From an uncultured virus (IMG/VR IMGVR_UViG_3300020161_002252) (taxonomy: Duplodnaviria > Heunggongvirae > Uroviricota > Caudoviricetes > Herelleviridae), in IMG/VR virus record IMGVR_UViG_3300020161_002252: a DNA stretch of 64,000 nucleotides; one strand, written 5' to 3'. Under the pieces are notes generated by a model. The model saw only the letters and a program-made list of their open reading frames with translations. It had not been told where the DNA came from and made no database searches. This document shows positions 28,181-38,778 of this stretch, one piece after another; within the stretch, counting starts at the first letter, position 1; each line of letters opens with the position of its first letter. Made by a program: the position numbers and the translations under genes.

Positions 28181-29036
28181 AAATGAGCAAATTAGGAAAA
28201 GCACCTGTTTGAGCATAGATATATAGTGGGTTATAATCCAAGGCAGCATCCCAATCTTGCGCAAGGATGGTTATTTTGATTCCTGCTGGTGCAATATCTT
28301 TCAAAATATTGATGAAAACACTAGATAGATCATTGCCACCCATATACAAGGGAAACGGTCCTGTAGTTTGATTCCCATAACTTGGTTCATCTGGATAAGA
28401 AGAATCCCAAAGAACCATCACTTGACCCCCATAAGGTTGTTCACTAGGTCTTTCTTCCGCGTTCTCTTGTGCATAGCTTGGCGGGGTTAATGCAAGAGAT
28501 GAATCTAAATAGATGGTAATCTGTGCGTCTTGTTCAAAAATGATGAAAGGCAAAAATTCAATTGTGCAAGTTTTATCTTGTGTACTGGTCCACTTATTGA
28601 AATAAGGTGTATCGTAACTAGTATTAAGCCTTAATCGCTTAACAATTAGTGGAGGTGTACCTGTTTCAATGTATCGATTTACATAGTAAAAACCATTTAC
28701 CGAAGAATCGCTTGAGCAAGTCACTTTGACAATTTTATTACAAAATCCTTTATGTACGCCCGAAAAACTAAGATATCCATCTGAACTAATTATAATTTCA
28801 CTCTTTGTTTCTTGGTCTGTCCAAGGTTTCATAAGCCAATATAAAGCATTGAAAAATTGTGTATATGTTCCTTGTGCTTGATAAACAATGCTCAATAAAA
28901 CATTATCCCAATATGCTGGGGGGAACGCTGACGGTCTGGGGATTCCATAGAGAGAAGCTAAAGAATCTAAATCGCGCCCTTGTGCTTTTGTGAATATGGT
29001 TGATCTTCTAGCTTGTTCAATCTGTGATAATTGCAT
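28179..29036 (-). CDS. Baseplate wedge protein (gpI/gp47-associated type)
   Basis: A-x-G-x-x-LD-x-LA-x-x-YG-x-x-R motif and C-terminal APAGI; baseplate cluster. Confidence 0.65.
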   Translation of the reverse strand: MQLSQIEQARRSTIFTKAQGRDLDSLASLYGIPRPSAFPPAYWDNVLLSIVYQAQGTYTQFFNALYWLMKPWTDQETKSEIIISSDGYLSFSGVHKGFCNKIVKVTCSSDSSVNGFYYVNRYIETGTPPLIVKRLRLNTSYDTPYFNKWTSTQDKTCTIEFLPFIIFEQDAQITIYLDSSLALTPPSYAQENAEERPSEQPYGGQVMVLWDSSYPDEPSYGNQTTGPFPLYMGGNDLSSVFINILKDIAPAGIKITILAQDWDAALDYNPLYIYAQTGAFPNLLI

Positions 29037-29775
29037 AAGTTACCTCGCTCCCCGCTGAAATAGTTTTAAAGGGGTTATAGGATTGAACATGTACTTGATT
29101 ATTTGACCATGATAGCAATCTAAATAAGTCACCTTCAATATATAGGTATTGTTGATCACTTAGCCCATAAGTCGATTCTACATTGATCACATCTTCATCT
29201 TCTGACCCCAAAATCGCATTTAGATAAATATCACTTGTAACCACTGTTTTAAGCGATCCTTTTAACTCATTGAGGGTATCACCTATAACACCGCTCAAAA
29301 GTTCAAAATTAGTAGCGTTTTGATAGCTTCTAAGTGAATTGTTATCATAAGCAAAATAAGGGTCTTTGTTTAGTTCTCTTGCACCCATAGAAAATCGTGG
29401 TGGCATACCGGCGCGAAGATCATAAGTTTCTTGAGCTTTGTTCGCTCTTTTTACCACGATACAATTTAATAACTCAAAATCGCTAGAATCTGGGTTACTT
29501 ATTGGGCCATATTCAAGGATTAGATCATAGTTTCCTGGCGCTATTGTAGGGCTACCAAAGAATACTTTAGATCCTTCTTTCTTGCTATAAATACCTTGCC
29601 CCGCTTGGGTACTATATAGATAGCTTGAATAGGTACTTGTACCGTTCTTTCTTAGTCTTGCACTATAAACATAGTCACTAGGAATAGGGGATAAATCGGA
29701 CCCCGTGATTATGATCAAATCACCACCGGAATCCCTTAGTTCCTTGCTCTGGTCTAGAAGTTCAATATTAGGCAT
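29017..29775 (-). CDS. Putative baseplate/tail protein
   Basis: Coupled ORF in the baseplate cluster; Ig-like N-terminus (IIITGSDL...PGNYDL). Confidence 0.55.
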   Translation of the reverse strand: MPNIELLDQSKELRDSGGDLIIITGSDLSPIPSDYVYSARLRKNGTSTYSSYLYSTQAGQGIYSKKEGSKVFFGSPTIAPGNYDLILEYGPISNPDSSDFELLNCIVVKRANKAQETYDLRAGMPPRFSMGARELNKDPYFAYDNNSLRSYQNATNFELLSGVIGDTLNELKGSLKTVVTSDIYLNAILGSEDEDVINVESTYGLSDQQYLYIEGDLFRLLSWSNNQVHVQSYNPFKTISAGSEVTYAIITD

Positions 29776-31171
29776 TTGCTGGCGCTCCGAAGAAAGTGAT
29801 CAAGTATGTAATTTGCGCGGTGCTTAATACATTGTAATCATTCGATGCTGCGCGATTATCAAAGTTATCTTCGTCTGCTAGATAATGGGGTATCATCTCA
29901 AAAGTGAAACAATTATATCCTGCATTCGCAACAAACCAAGCGCTATCGTTGGTTGTTGTGTTGAAATGTTTAAATTCTACTGTACTTCTATTATGATTCT
30001 TTGTGTGTGTTCCTGTTGTGGTTGGATTCCATTTTTGTTCAATGCTTACACTATTTACATACCATTGTTCACTTTGCATATTGCTAGGGATGATCAAAGA
30101 AAAGATATTAGGATAGGTAGGATCTACATAAATATTTGAAAAAGTACCTGATTGAATGCTCCAAATATTACTACTATTCTTAGGATTTCCTACCACTCTA
30201 CACCATGCGAAAGGAATAGCACCCCTTAAAAAGAAGATAGAATCATATCTATTTGCCCTTGAAACCAAGAAATCTTTTGCTGTGTCTAAATTGCTTATTT
30301 CGGTATCATGATTAGTTAGATACTTGTATGCACCATTTAAAGAAAGCAAGGGTTGATTATACCAAGGAACGGTTTTACTTGTTCCCACTGGATCATTTAC
30401 CCCTTCAAATTTATGTTCCCTTAATGCTCTTGCTAAAATATGCACAATTTGAGCAAATCCCAAGCCTTGATTATACTCATTTTGAGCATCATACGCGCTA
30501 AATAGCCCAAGTAATCCGCTAAACGCGGTTGTAGTGGTGCTTAAACTATCGTAAAAAGTACCTGTTTCACCAATAGTATCAGCAATAGACGCATTATCAA
30601 AAGCACTAATGAAGCTAAGAATAATTGATGATCCGGTGATAGATGCTACTTTGGCGATTTGAGAATATTGATATTCATCTTCTTCACTGGTTGGATCGGT
30701 AGCACTAAAAGCAAATTCACATCTCATTCTAGTTCTGGTATTATCATTAAAAGTTACTTCTGTACCTTGTGCAACATCCCACTTTCTTCGATTTGCGCTA
30801 TCCATATCTACCATTAATGGACGAACCCAAAGAAACATAGTATTATCAACGCCTGTTAAATCTATGGGGTAATTTCCATGATCTGCCAAAGTACTATCAA
30901 AATGCACTATTTGAGATTCTTGTAAAACTTTGATTGAGTTTGTACCTGCTGCATTGCCAATCGCTTTAGTGCTAATAAAGCTAAAATCGCTTAATTGTAT
31001 CTTGTCCGGCGTCCCATTAACAAAAGTATATAGCGGACGGCTTAGAAGCCCACGCATACCGCCCATAAGGTTACCAAGTGATTTCTGAGCATACGCATAA
31101 ACAAGCGCTTGAATATCATTGATATCTACTAAATCTAATCGTTCTTGAGGGTATAATTTCAACTTATCCAT
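29768..31171 (-). CDS. Putative baseplate/short tail fibre protein
   Basis: Follows baseplate J; ATG at 31171 with AAGGA RBS (track start 31255). Confidence 0.6.
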   Translation of the reverse strand: MDKLKLYPQERLDLVDINDIQALVYAYAQKSLGNLMGGMRGLLSRPLYTFVNGTPDKIQLSDFSFISTKAIGNAAGTNSIKVLQESQIVHFDSTLADHGNYPIDLTGVDNTMFLWVRPLMVDMDSANRRKWDVAQGTEVTFNDNTRTRMRCEFAFSATDPTSEEDEYQYSQIAKVASITGSSIILSFISAFDNASIADTIGETGTFYDSLSTTTTAFSGLLGLFSAYDAQNEYNQGLGFAQIVHILARALREHKFEGVNDPVGTSKTVPWYNQPLLSLNGAYKYLTNHDTEISNLDTAKDFLVSRANRYDSIFFLRGAIPFAWCRVVGNPKNSSNIWSIQSGTFSNIYVDPTYPNIFSLIIPSNMQSEQWYVNSVSIEQKWNPTTTGTHTKNHNRSTVEFKHFNTTTNDSAWFVANAGYNCFTFEMIPHYLADEDNFDNRAASNDYNVLSTAQITYLITFFGAPANA

Positions 31172-31181
31172 AATTCTATCC

Positions 31182-32570
31182 TTATATCTGGGTGGAAACG
31201 AAAATGTTAATTGTTTGTGCTTTGAGAATATGCTTATCTGTACTTGGATAAACATCGCTACTAAGAATCAAGCTGTTTTGATTATATATCTTGATATTTT
31301 GAATACGGGTATCATTCATCAAAATATCAATCAATTGAGCCATAAATAGGGGTTGTCCTGCATCTAGGCTATTAATAAACTCGGTCGCTTGATCAATAGT
31401 GTTTAATTGCAATAGAAGAAGATCAGTACCAGAATAAGAAGTAACCTGAATATCAAGTGAAACATTAGTGATAGGTGCGGGAAGTACACGAACACGAACG
31501 CCAACAGCTCGATAACCTGGGAAATTCGTAGCATTTTTAACATCACCTTCAATTTGATCTTGAAGTTCTGGGATCAAACCTTCATACACTGAATATGTAT
31601 TGGTTGTGATGATATCCCCATCTTCTAAATCAGTTCTATCTAAGAATAAAATGATTCCTCTTTCATGTATCACTTTATATTTTGATGCTGGGATTACAAA
31701 GCTTGATCTTGTTCTAGTGAGTATAATAGTAGAATCCAAGGTGACAGGTCTGGCAATTGGCATAATCAAGGGGTTTTGTGTACCTGTAACAACAAAACTT
31801 GAGCTTGTTGCGCTGGTGATCACGGTATTGAATAAACCGCTTCCATCATCAATCAAAAGTTCACAATAACCAGGATTCAAAATATCTTCATATAAATGTG
31901 CATTTTTGCAACGGCTGCCATCACTCCCTACAAAAGTTTTAGCAAAAAATTCTATACTTGGCGCTTGGCATCTAGCCAAAGATTTCAAGTATAATGCACA
32001 TCTGGTTTTCAATGCTGAATCGGATTCTAAATTTTGCCCATTACTTATCGCATTACTATTTGTTACTGAGATGATTGCTTGAGGTACACTAATAAGAATC
32101 GTAAGTGTATTACTTGGGATATTCCCCGCGCTTCCTGCAATAGCGCATTGAACTGAAGCGGTTACGCTTACTTGCCCAATAGGAATAGTATATTCTTGAG
32201 TAGTATAGAATCTAGGCGCTTGGGTGGTCAATGCTTGTATCACGCTTCCCGCTGGGATTACAAGCGCTTCCGAAGTATTGGCGCTTGATCTGGTGAAAAC
32301 TACTTGACCCGTTGCGAAGGTAGCTTGAAGCCTATTTACGCCTAATTCACTTGCGCGTTCGTCAAGGTCAATCCCTGTTGCATTGGTCAAGGTGAATTGT
32401 TGTCTTACTTGTGCGATTCGATACTCACTATCAGCTATTTGTTCGGCAAATGTAGCAAAGAGATCAAATAAAACAGATCCTTCTGAAACATCTGTTAACT
32501 CGCTTCTTGCTACCATTCTAGCAAGTAAACTTCTATGAATTTCTTTTGTGGTTCGTTGTATAAAAGCCAT
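31182..32570 (-). CDS. Baseplate J-like protein
   Basis: D-x-SEGSV, ATGIDLDERA, ATGQVVFTR, IPAGS, G-x-x-GNI and G-x-x-x-ESD-x-x-L-x-x-R. Confidence 0.9.
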   Translation of the reverse strand: MAFIQRTTKEIHRSLLARMVARSELTDVSEGSVLFDLFATFAEQIADSEYRIAQVRQQFTLTNATGIDLDERASELGVNRLQATFATGQVVFTRSSANTSEALVIPAGSVIQALTTQAPRFYTTQEYTIPIGQVSVTASVQCAIAGSAGNIPSNTLTILISVPQAIISVTNSNAISNGQNLESDSALKTRCALYLKSLARCQAPSIEFFAKTFVGSDGSRCKNAHLYEDILNPGYCELLIDDGSGLFNTVITSATSSSFVVTGTQNPLIMPIARPVTLDSTIILTRTRSSFVIPASKYKVIHERGIILFLDRTDLEDGDIITTNTYSVYEGLIPELQDQIEGDVKNATNFPGYRAVGVRVRVLPAPITNVSLDIQVTSYSGTDLLLLQLNTIDQATEFINSLDAGQPLFMAQLIDILMNDTRIQNIKIYNQNSLILSSDVYPSTDKHILKAQTINIFVSTQI

Positions 32571-32580
32571 TTAAACCCTC

Positions 32581-34137
32581 CTAAATCGTTTCTCTTATTG
32601 GTATGATTAAAGGTATCTTTGAACCATTGATCACAAGTGATTCACAAGATACGGCTATTTGATCCCCATCTACCAAGATATTTACATCTTTGACTGACGA
32701 TATTCTTGGATCAGATCGCAATTGACTATTGATTGTACTTGATAAAATAGCAATGGTTTTACTATCTACTGAAGCGCCAATGATAGCGGGGATTCCGTAT
32801 GATGGTGAATATCTAAAAGTTCCTTGTTCAGTAAGTAATCGATTGATTAACCCTTGTTTTAGGTTATCCACTCCTGAAATCGTAGCTAGATCAGAATCTT
32901 TTAAGACTAAATCACCAATAGAATCAAGCTTTAGATCAGTGAAGAAAGTAGTATCTCCCTTCTTGGGATAAACATTATTATCAGACTCGATTAGCTGGGG
33001 AATGAATAAAGTATCTCCCGCTTGTAATGGTTGTCCGTTTGCATGGGTTCTTTCATCAAGCATCCTATTAAAATCAAGTATTCTTTGAAATTGGTTTCTA
33101 TCTCCATAAACTAAGAAAGATATATCTCTAATGCTTTGATTAGCTTGTAAAACATATTCAATAGATATCGTGTTATTTCTTGGTTCAACGCGGGAATCAA
33201 GCGCGAATTGATCATAAGCAATAGAAACGCCACCTGTCGCAACACCACCCACTAAATAGCTATATTCTAATGTTGCCTTCTTTGCTAGTGCTATCGTAGA
33301 CTTGAAGTTAAGAGTATCAAAATCATCTCCAAATAAGGTACTATCTAGCAAGTTTTCAAAAGTATCTAATAAATTAAAGGTTCTATTTAGTGCATCCGCT
33401 GGAATTTGAAACAATCCATTTTTCACAACAGTCATCAAAGAACTAAATGTATTCATTGATCTAGTGATTGCGTCAAATGGTGCTCGTAATAAGCTTCTTG
33501 CGCCATTGTTAATATTGATTGCAGCATTACCAACTAAAGAAATTGTAGCATTTGCAACATCTATCACATCCACCACCCCATTAATAAAATCGCTTACTGG
33601 TGAAAAAATATCGGTCAAGATAGAATCGTCAATAGGATCTCCGTAAGCATGAAGCGATAGATTCCAAGCATAAGAAAATCTATTGGCTTCTGCGTCTTTT
33701 TGCCATTCCCATTTCTCAACCTTGACTTTGTAAGCAAACCCCTCTTTTAAGCTTCTAAAAATAAGATATTGATTTTGTGTTGCCTTATTCTTTTGCCAAA
33801 GGTTTAACCAGTGATCAAATTCTTCTAAGATGATCATACCTGTTTGATTGATCAAATCACCATCCCTATTATATCCGCTTCGTGCTGTATATCCACTTTG
33901 CCCCCTTAACTCAATCATTGTATTTCTATGAGCAACGCTCTCTTTAACAACCCCTGTTAAAGTGTAGGTTAGAACGCTGGCGCTTGGTCTGGATTGCATA
34001 TAAAAAGAAGGTGTATTAGGTAGCGTAATAAAATCCCCATCACTGGTTTCTAATATGTAATCAATAGGTACTTTAAACAAGCTTCCTAATCTTCCCTTTT
34101 TGATAACTGGGATTCCCGCTGGTTTTCTTGGTGCCAT
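32581..34137 (-). CDS. Tail tube initiator with LysM-like domain fused to a gp25/W-like baseplate wedge domain
   Basis: YVLQANQSIRDIS...LQAGDTLFIP (LysM); GDL...SGVDNLKQGLINRLLTEQG...P-x-YG...L-x-SDPRI (gp25-like). ATG at 34137 with GGAG RBS. Confidence 0.75.
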   Translation of the reverse strand: MAPRKPAGIPVIKKGRLGSLFKVPIDYILETSDGDFITLPNTPSFYMQSRPSASVLTYTLTGVVKESVAHRNTMIELRGQSGYTARSGYNRDGDLINQTGMIILEEFDHWLNLWQKNKATQNQYLIFRSLKEGFAYKVKVEKWEWQKDAEANRFSYAWNLSLHAYGDPIDDSILTDIFSPVSDFINGVVDVIDVANATISLVGNAAININNGARSLLRAPFDAITRSMNTFSSLMTVVKNGLFQIPADALNRTFNLLDTFENLLDSTLFGDDFDTLNFKSTIALAKKATLEYSYLVGGVATGGVSIAYDQFALDSRVEPRNNTISIEYVLQANQSIRDISFLVYGDRNQFQRILDFNRMLDERTHANGQPLQAGDTLFIPQLIESDNNVYPKKGDTTFFTDLKLDSIGDLVLKDSDLATISGVDNLKQGLINRLLTEQGTFRYSPSYGIPAIIGASVDSKTIAILSSTINSQLRSDPRISSVKDVNILVDGDQIAVSCESLVINGSKIPLIIPIRETI

Positions 34138-34141
34138 CTTT

Positions 34142-34825
34142 TTACTCCGTGGGTATCGATATATGAGATGATACCATATTCGCACTTGGTTGATTGAAGT
34201 AAATAGCTTGTATACTTGTTAATAAAGCACTGAATACAGCCTTAGAAGAAGTTACGGGATAGGTAGCAATTAACTCAGTGAGAAGCCCAACTAGTAGGAT
34301 ATTTTGAGATTGTAACTGAAGCGCTTGAGTAGCTAAATAATTCATAGATGATGATGCAACTAACACAGAATCCGCGGAATTGCTTTTAATGATTTCTAGC
34401 TTACCGCCTTCCAATTGAATCTTAATATTTTTTGATCCGGATGCGCTTAGGATCATCCCTGCTTTGTCACTAGTTACCACGCTAGAACCCCCATTTTTTA
34501 TAATAACATCTTCTAAATCTGGTTCATATTTAACCCCATTATTAGGCGCTTCGGTACTATCTTTTATTGACAATTTAGAACATAGTCCCAACGATACAAA
34601 AACATCACGATTTAAATCGTCTGGGTAATCAATAAATGCTTCTGAATCCATGCTAGGCGGTGCATAAACAAAACGATCTCCCGCGCCTAAGATCTTGATA
34701 GGAGCTTCCGTATGAATTGATCCATCTCTAGAATAGATGGTGGTAGTTACTAAGCCTTGATTGTTCTTTGGTTCTTGTGCAATAACACCGGTAACAAGTC
34801 CTGGTTTTCTTAAGTTAAGCTTCAT
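34142..34825 (-). CDS. Putative baseplate spike (gpV/gp45-like)
   Basis: Position after the hub; OB-like N-terminus followed by beta-rich repeats. Confidence 0.55.
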   Translation of the reverse strand: MKLNLRKPGLVTGVIAQEPKNNQGLVTTTIYSRDGSIHTEAPIKILGAGDRFVYAPPSMDSEAFIDYPDDLNRDVFVSLGLCSKLSIKDSTEAPNNGVKYEPDLEDVIIKNGGSSVVTSDKAGMILSASGSKNIKIQLEGGKLEIIKSNSADSVLVASSSMNYLATQALQLQSQNILLVGLLTELIATYPVTSSKAVFSALLTSIQAIYFNQPSANMVSSHISIPTE

Positions 34826-36368
34826 AGTAGTACGCTCTTTCTAGTGTAAATTCTGTTCTTTGTTGTATTCTACCATCATTCAAAGCGCTATGTGAATGAG
34901 TAACACTTATACAATAACCCCTTAAATATTGCTTCCTTAAACCATTAGAAATAACGAACTCGATATATTCCCCGTGTCTCACTTGTTTAGCATAGTAACA
35001 TTGAACGCGTACATTTCCCAAGCGGTGGCCATCAGCATATAAAGCGGTATAGTACTTGGATAATTCAAATGCGTAATCTTTAAGATCCTTATTATCATCC
35101 CGCCCAAAGAAAGGAAAAGTTTCTATGAACGATGAAGCGCCATATCTATTTATTGAGATAGCATCATAGATATAGTCTGTTACCGTGCCAATTAATGGGG
35201 TTACACCTGTTATTTTTGTAGTAATATCAACCAAGTTTAATCTATTTTCCGTGTTATAATCGATACTAAATGAAATTACATTATCCACGCGTATCGCTGG
35301 TTCTTTGCTTATTTTGATATGTTCATACTTATTTGTATCAATGGTGCTCCCATAGCTTGGCGTTTTACCCTCAATCAAGATTCCTTGTTGACCATCAATC
35401 TCAATGTTTCTTGCTTGGGTTGTATAATCAACACTTTGAATCGCTTGATAATCACTACTTTGATATGGTTGGCTGGTGCTTCTTGTTTTATCATCCAAGG
35501 GTTTCAATCGATAAATTAAGCAAGGTTTAATGTTTTTTGATTGTAGAGTGCTTTGATTGCTCAAAGTAAATGATATCTCTTTTGTATTTGATACTTCTTC
35601 TAAGCTAGGAAACAATTCTATTAGATCATCCATACCACCAATAAAAGAAGTTTGAAGTAACGCCCATAATCCCCCATTGATTGAAGGTTGAATCGTATTA
35701 AAGTTTAATGCGATGATTTCACTAAAGGATCTTTTAATCCGGTACTCACTTAAATTGTCTAGTGTTGATATTATTGCAACCTTGCTTAGATCTTGTTCAC
35801 TGAGTGATCTGGGGACTTCAAAATTAGAAAATAGGGAATATACAGTTTTAAGTGCTTTTGTAGGATTGAGAAAGTCTTTTAATATGGGTATTAGCTTCTT
35901 ATAGAAATCTACAACCCCAAACAACCCCGCTTTAATAGGTACTCTTTTATTTTTTGCTTCATTCAATGAATTATCATTAACCACTAAGAATCTAGCCTTC
36001 ATGATAATCGATAACCAAGATTGCGCTTGAATGGTAATTTCCATAGATGAAATTTTGCCGTCTTGGCTGGCAATAACACCGCTCCCCACGCTGGCAATAA
36101 CCCCCAAGAAGATAAGCTTCTCAGTTTCTTTTTCCAGTTCGTGTATTGTAACCCACCCATTAGCCCCCCTAAAAGAATTAAGGATATTTTCTATATCTTT
36201 AAACTTGGCTTTTATGGTGCTGGTTTCATAGGGTGCTTTTGTGGAATAGGTTATAGATAGATTGACAATATAATCAGATAAATCTAAAACTTCGTTGTTT
36301 GCCGTGTCTAGTTCCCCAAATTGCCCCGTGATTTCATCTATAAATCGGTGTAATCGTACTTTGAACAT
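34815..36368 (-). CDS. Putative baseplate hub protein
   Basis: Directly after the tape measure; I-x-RYG and C-terminal GY-x-x-SV-x-H...T-x-x-x-L-x-R pattern. Confidence 0.65.
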   Translation of the reverse strand: MFKVRLHRFIDEITGQFGELDTANNEVLDLSDYIVNLSITYSTKAPYETSTIKAKFKDIENILNSFRGANGWVTIHELEKETEKLIFLGVIASVGSGVIASQDGKISSMEITIQAQSWLSIIMKARFLVVNDNSLNEAKNKRVPIKAGLFGVVDFYKKLIPILKDFLNPTKALKTVYSLFSNFEVPRSLSEQDLSKVAIISTLDNLSEYRIKRSFSEIIALNFNTIQPSINGGLWALLQTSFIGGMDDLIELFPSLEEVSNTKEISFTLSNQSTLQSKNIKPCLIYRLKPLDDKTRSTSQPYQSSDYQAIQSVDYTTQARNIEIDGQQGILIEGKTPSYGSTIDTNKYEHIKISKEPAIRVDNVISFSIDYNTENRLNLVDITTKITGVTPLIGTVTDYIYDAISINRYGASSFIETFPFFGRDDNKDLKDYAFELSKYYTALYADGHRLGNVRVQCYYAKQVRHGEYIEFVISNGLRKQYLRGYCISVTHSHSALNDGRIQQRTEFTLERAYYYEA

Positions 36369-36382
36369 GAGTATCTATCTTT

Positions 36383-38071
36383 CTATTTGAATATATCTTT
36401 AATTGTGTCTGTTAAGCCTTTGATCGCATCAAGGATACTTGTTATTGTACCACCCCCGCCCAAGTTCTCTACAAATTCCTCTATGTTCTTTTGAATGGTT
36501 AACAAGGATTCTAATTGCTGCTTTCCTTGATCTGTTTGCATAAATGCTTCTGTTCTTTGTATTCGTTCCGCATTAACTGAAGCAAGTGCAACGCTAGCCG
36601 GTGCTTCTGTTGCGAATCGTCTGACTAATTCATCACCAAATCCTTCGCCCCCCGTGATGGCTGCTGGGGATACTCCCATGATAAAATCAGCTTGTTCTAA
36701 ACTCAATCCAGATCCCATCAAAGCCATTTCTCTAACAGATTTAGGAAGCTTTGATAATGCGCCCCTTGCCGCTAAAGGATTCTTTCTTAGTGTATCTAGG
36801 TTTCTAAACATATCCATAGGACTCTTAGCGCCTTGTGCCGCTTGTGCCATCATGCTGGTTTCTGCCAACCCTGAAAAATTAGAAGCATATTGACTAAAAG
36901 CACGATCCGCAACACCTAAAAGCCCCTGTGTTGCCTGTACTGCTCGTTCACCCCTTATATTTGTACCTGAAGCGCCTAAAGCAAAATTAGCAAAAGATTG
37001 AGCATCAATCGTTAATCCTTTGCTTGTTATGTTTTGAATCCCTGAACTAATTGATCCAAGTAATTTTTCAACCTGGGAACCTACTAGCCCCTTATTCATG
37101 CTAAACATTACAATACTCTTTGCTAGTGTACTCATGCTTGATTCGTTTTGTTTTACACCTCCACTAAATCCACCCATTGCGCCAAAGGTTGGGATTGCCA
37201 TTGGGTTAATCCCAAGTAACTCAGAAGCGCGTACATCTCTTAATGCTGTAGAAATATAAGGATTTGCGTTATAATTACCTAATGAAGCTGCGTATTGATT
37301 ATATAATGATGCTGTTTCTTGTGGGGAATAGCCTAATTTTGCACCTTCTAGCAAATTCAAATCATACCCTGTTCTTCTTCGTGCCATCATATTTTGAATT
37401 TCAAAGGGTGCGTACTCTGTGAATCTTGAATACTTAGTAGCAACTAATTGAGAAATACCCGCGCCAAGCATTGGGATTGCTTGAGCAATACCGCTAACAA
37501 TTGAACCTGCAACAGGTGAATTAGTAGACAAGGCACCGCCAATAGATTGACCAATCCCACCAAGTCCCCCACCTATCCCGCTTATAATACTTGATGCACT
37601 AGGTGAAAGAAAACCCATTCCCACTTGACCCATTGCTGAAATAGCTGGTTGAATCATAGAAGAGAAAATTTGATTCTTTCTCAAGTTGTTAACTATCTTT
37701 TCTTGTTCTACTTGGCTTTTTTGTGTATTTTGTTGAGCTTGTTCAGTGCTTTGTTGTGCCTTTTGTGCGTTCTTTTGTGCTTGTGCTTCTATTCTAGCTT
37801 GTGTTTCTGCTAATCGATTTTGCTCTTGTTGCGTTTTAAGCACTTCTCTTTGATGCTTGATATTTTCTCTATTTGCCTGTTCTTGCTTTTGTTGCCTTCT
37901 ACGTTGTAAAGCTTCCATTTGAGATTCATAGGCTTCTGCTTGAATCTTATCTTTCTCTGTAAAAGGTTTCTCTCCCTTCACCTTAGCCATTGCCTTATTA
38001 AAATCATCAAGCGCCTTTCTGGCTTTGGCATCGTCTAAATCGATTTCTAGTGTGATACTTGATACTGCCAT
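36383..38071 (-). CDS. Tail tape measure protein
   Basis: Q/A-rich coiled coil and G/A-rich hydrophobic segment; follows the tail chaperones. Confidence 0.75.
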   Translation of the reverse strand: MAVSSITLEIDLDDAKARKALDDFNKAMAKVKGEKPFTEKDKIQAEAYESQMEALQRRRQQKQEQANRENIKHQREVLKTQQEQNRLAETQARIEAQAQKNAQKAQQSTEQAQQNTQKSQVEQEKIVNNLRKNQIFSSMIQPAISAMGQVGMGFLSPSASSIISGIGGGLGGIGQSIGGALSTNSPVAGSIVSGIAQAIPMLGAGISQLVATKYSRFTEYAPFEIQNMMARRRTGYDLNLLEGAKLGYSPQETASLYNQYAASLGNYNANPYISTALRDVRASELLGINPMAIPTFGAMGGFSGGVKQNESSMSTLAKSIVMFSMNKGLVGSQVEKLLGSISSGIQNITSKGLTIDAQSFANFALGASGTNIRGERAVQATQGLLGVADRAFSQYASNFSGLAETSMMAQAAQGAKSPMDMFRNLDTLRKNPLAARGALSKLPKSVREMALMGSGLSLEQADFIMGVSPAAITGGEGFGDELVRRFATEAPASVALASVNAERIQRTEAFMQTDQGKQQLESLLTIQKNIEEFVENLGGGGTITSILDAIKGLTDTIKDIFK

Positions 38072-38072
38072 T

Positions 38073-38345
38073 TCACTCCCCTTTCTGGGTTTCCCAAAAT
38101 TCGCGCTCCCATTGATCTGCTATTGCATCACCTGTTAACGCTGGTTTATCCTTAGATACTATTGTCTTAGGTTGTATCTTATCATAATCCTCTTCGCTAA
38201 GTGAAAGTAACCAAGCTTCTAATTTATCCGTATCACTTAAACTAGAATAGATCGGGTTAAATTCGCTACTTGGGAATGTTTTGGGTAGTGTCTTTTGAAT
38301 CAATAACCACTCTTTGGACCGTCTCAACGCCTTCACCCTGTCCAA
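38073..38345 (-). CDS. Tail assembly chaperone, frameshift extension (GT-like)
   Basis: Overlaps the end of the upstream chaperone in the +1 frame and precedes the tape measure. Confidence 0.65.
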   Translation of the reverse strand: MDRVKALRRSKEWLLIQKTLPKTFPSSEFNPIYSSLSDTDKLEAWLLSLSEEDYDKIQPKTIVSKDKPALTGDAIADQWEREFWETQKGE

Positions 38346-38709
38346 GACCTGACCGAAAAAAGAGTGAATTATGTTTCTTCACCTCCTCAAACAAAGAGAA
38401 CAAGAGTTCATCATCTTCTACAATCCATTTATTTAGCCATTCTGGCGCGTGGATCAATTGAATAGATAATTGGGCTAGTGCCTCTATTCTTGCTTGTGAA
38501 TATGGTGAAAAACCACTCCATAAACCACCCGCTAACAAGGCCACTTGTCTATCAATTTTCAAGCGCCCATCACCATCAGGAACGCGGGATAAAATTGAAG
38601 CATTATGCTTCATCCCTTCTGGGTCAATATACTCTAGCTTGATTGCAATTTCTCTTTTTACCAAAGGTTTTACTTGTTCTTCTTTGGGTACTAAATTTCT
38701 TAAATCCAT
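38266..38709 (-). CDS. Tail assembly chaperone (G-like)
   Basis: Between tube and tape measure; ATG at 38709 with AGGAG RBS; ends near FFR slippery codons. Confidence 0.7.
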   Translation of the reverse strand: MDLRNLVPKEEQVKPLVKREIAIKLEYIDPEGMKHNASILSRVPDGDGRLKIDRQVALLAGGLWSGFSPYSQARIEALAQLSIQLIHAPEWLNKWIVEDDELLFSLFEEVKKHNSLFFRSGLGQGEGVETVQRVVIDSKDTTQNIPK

Positions 38710-38778
38710 CTGGATGCTCCTATGTGAAATAGTCATAGGATTTTACTTAGTTTAATATAGAATCAAAAACTAAATTAA

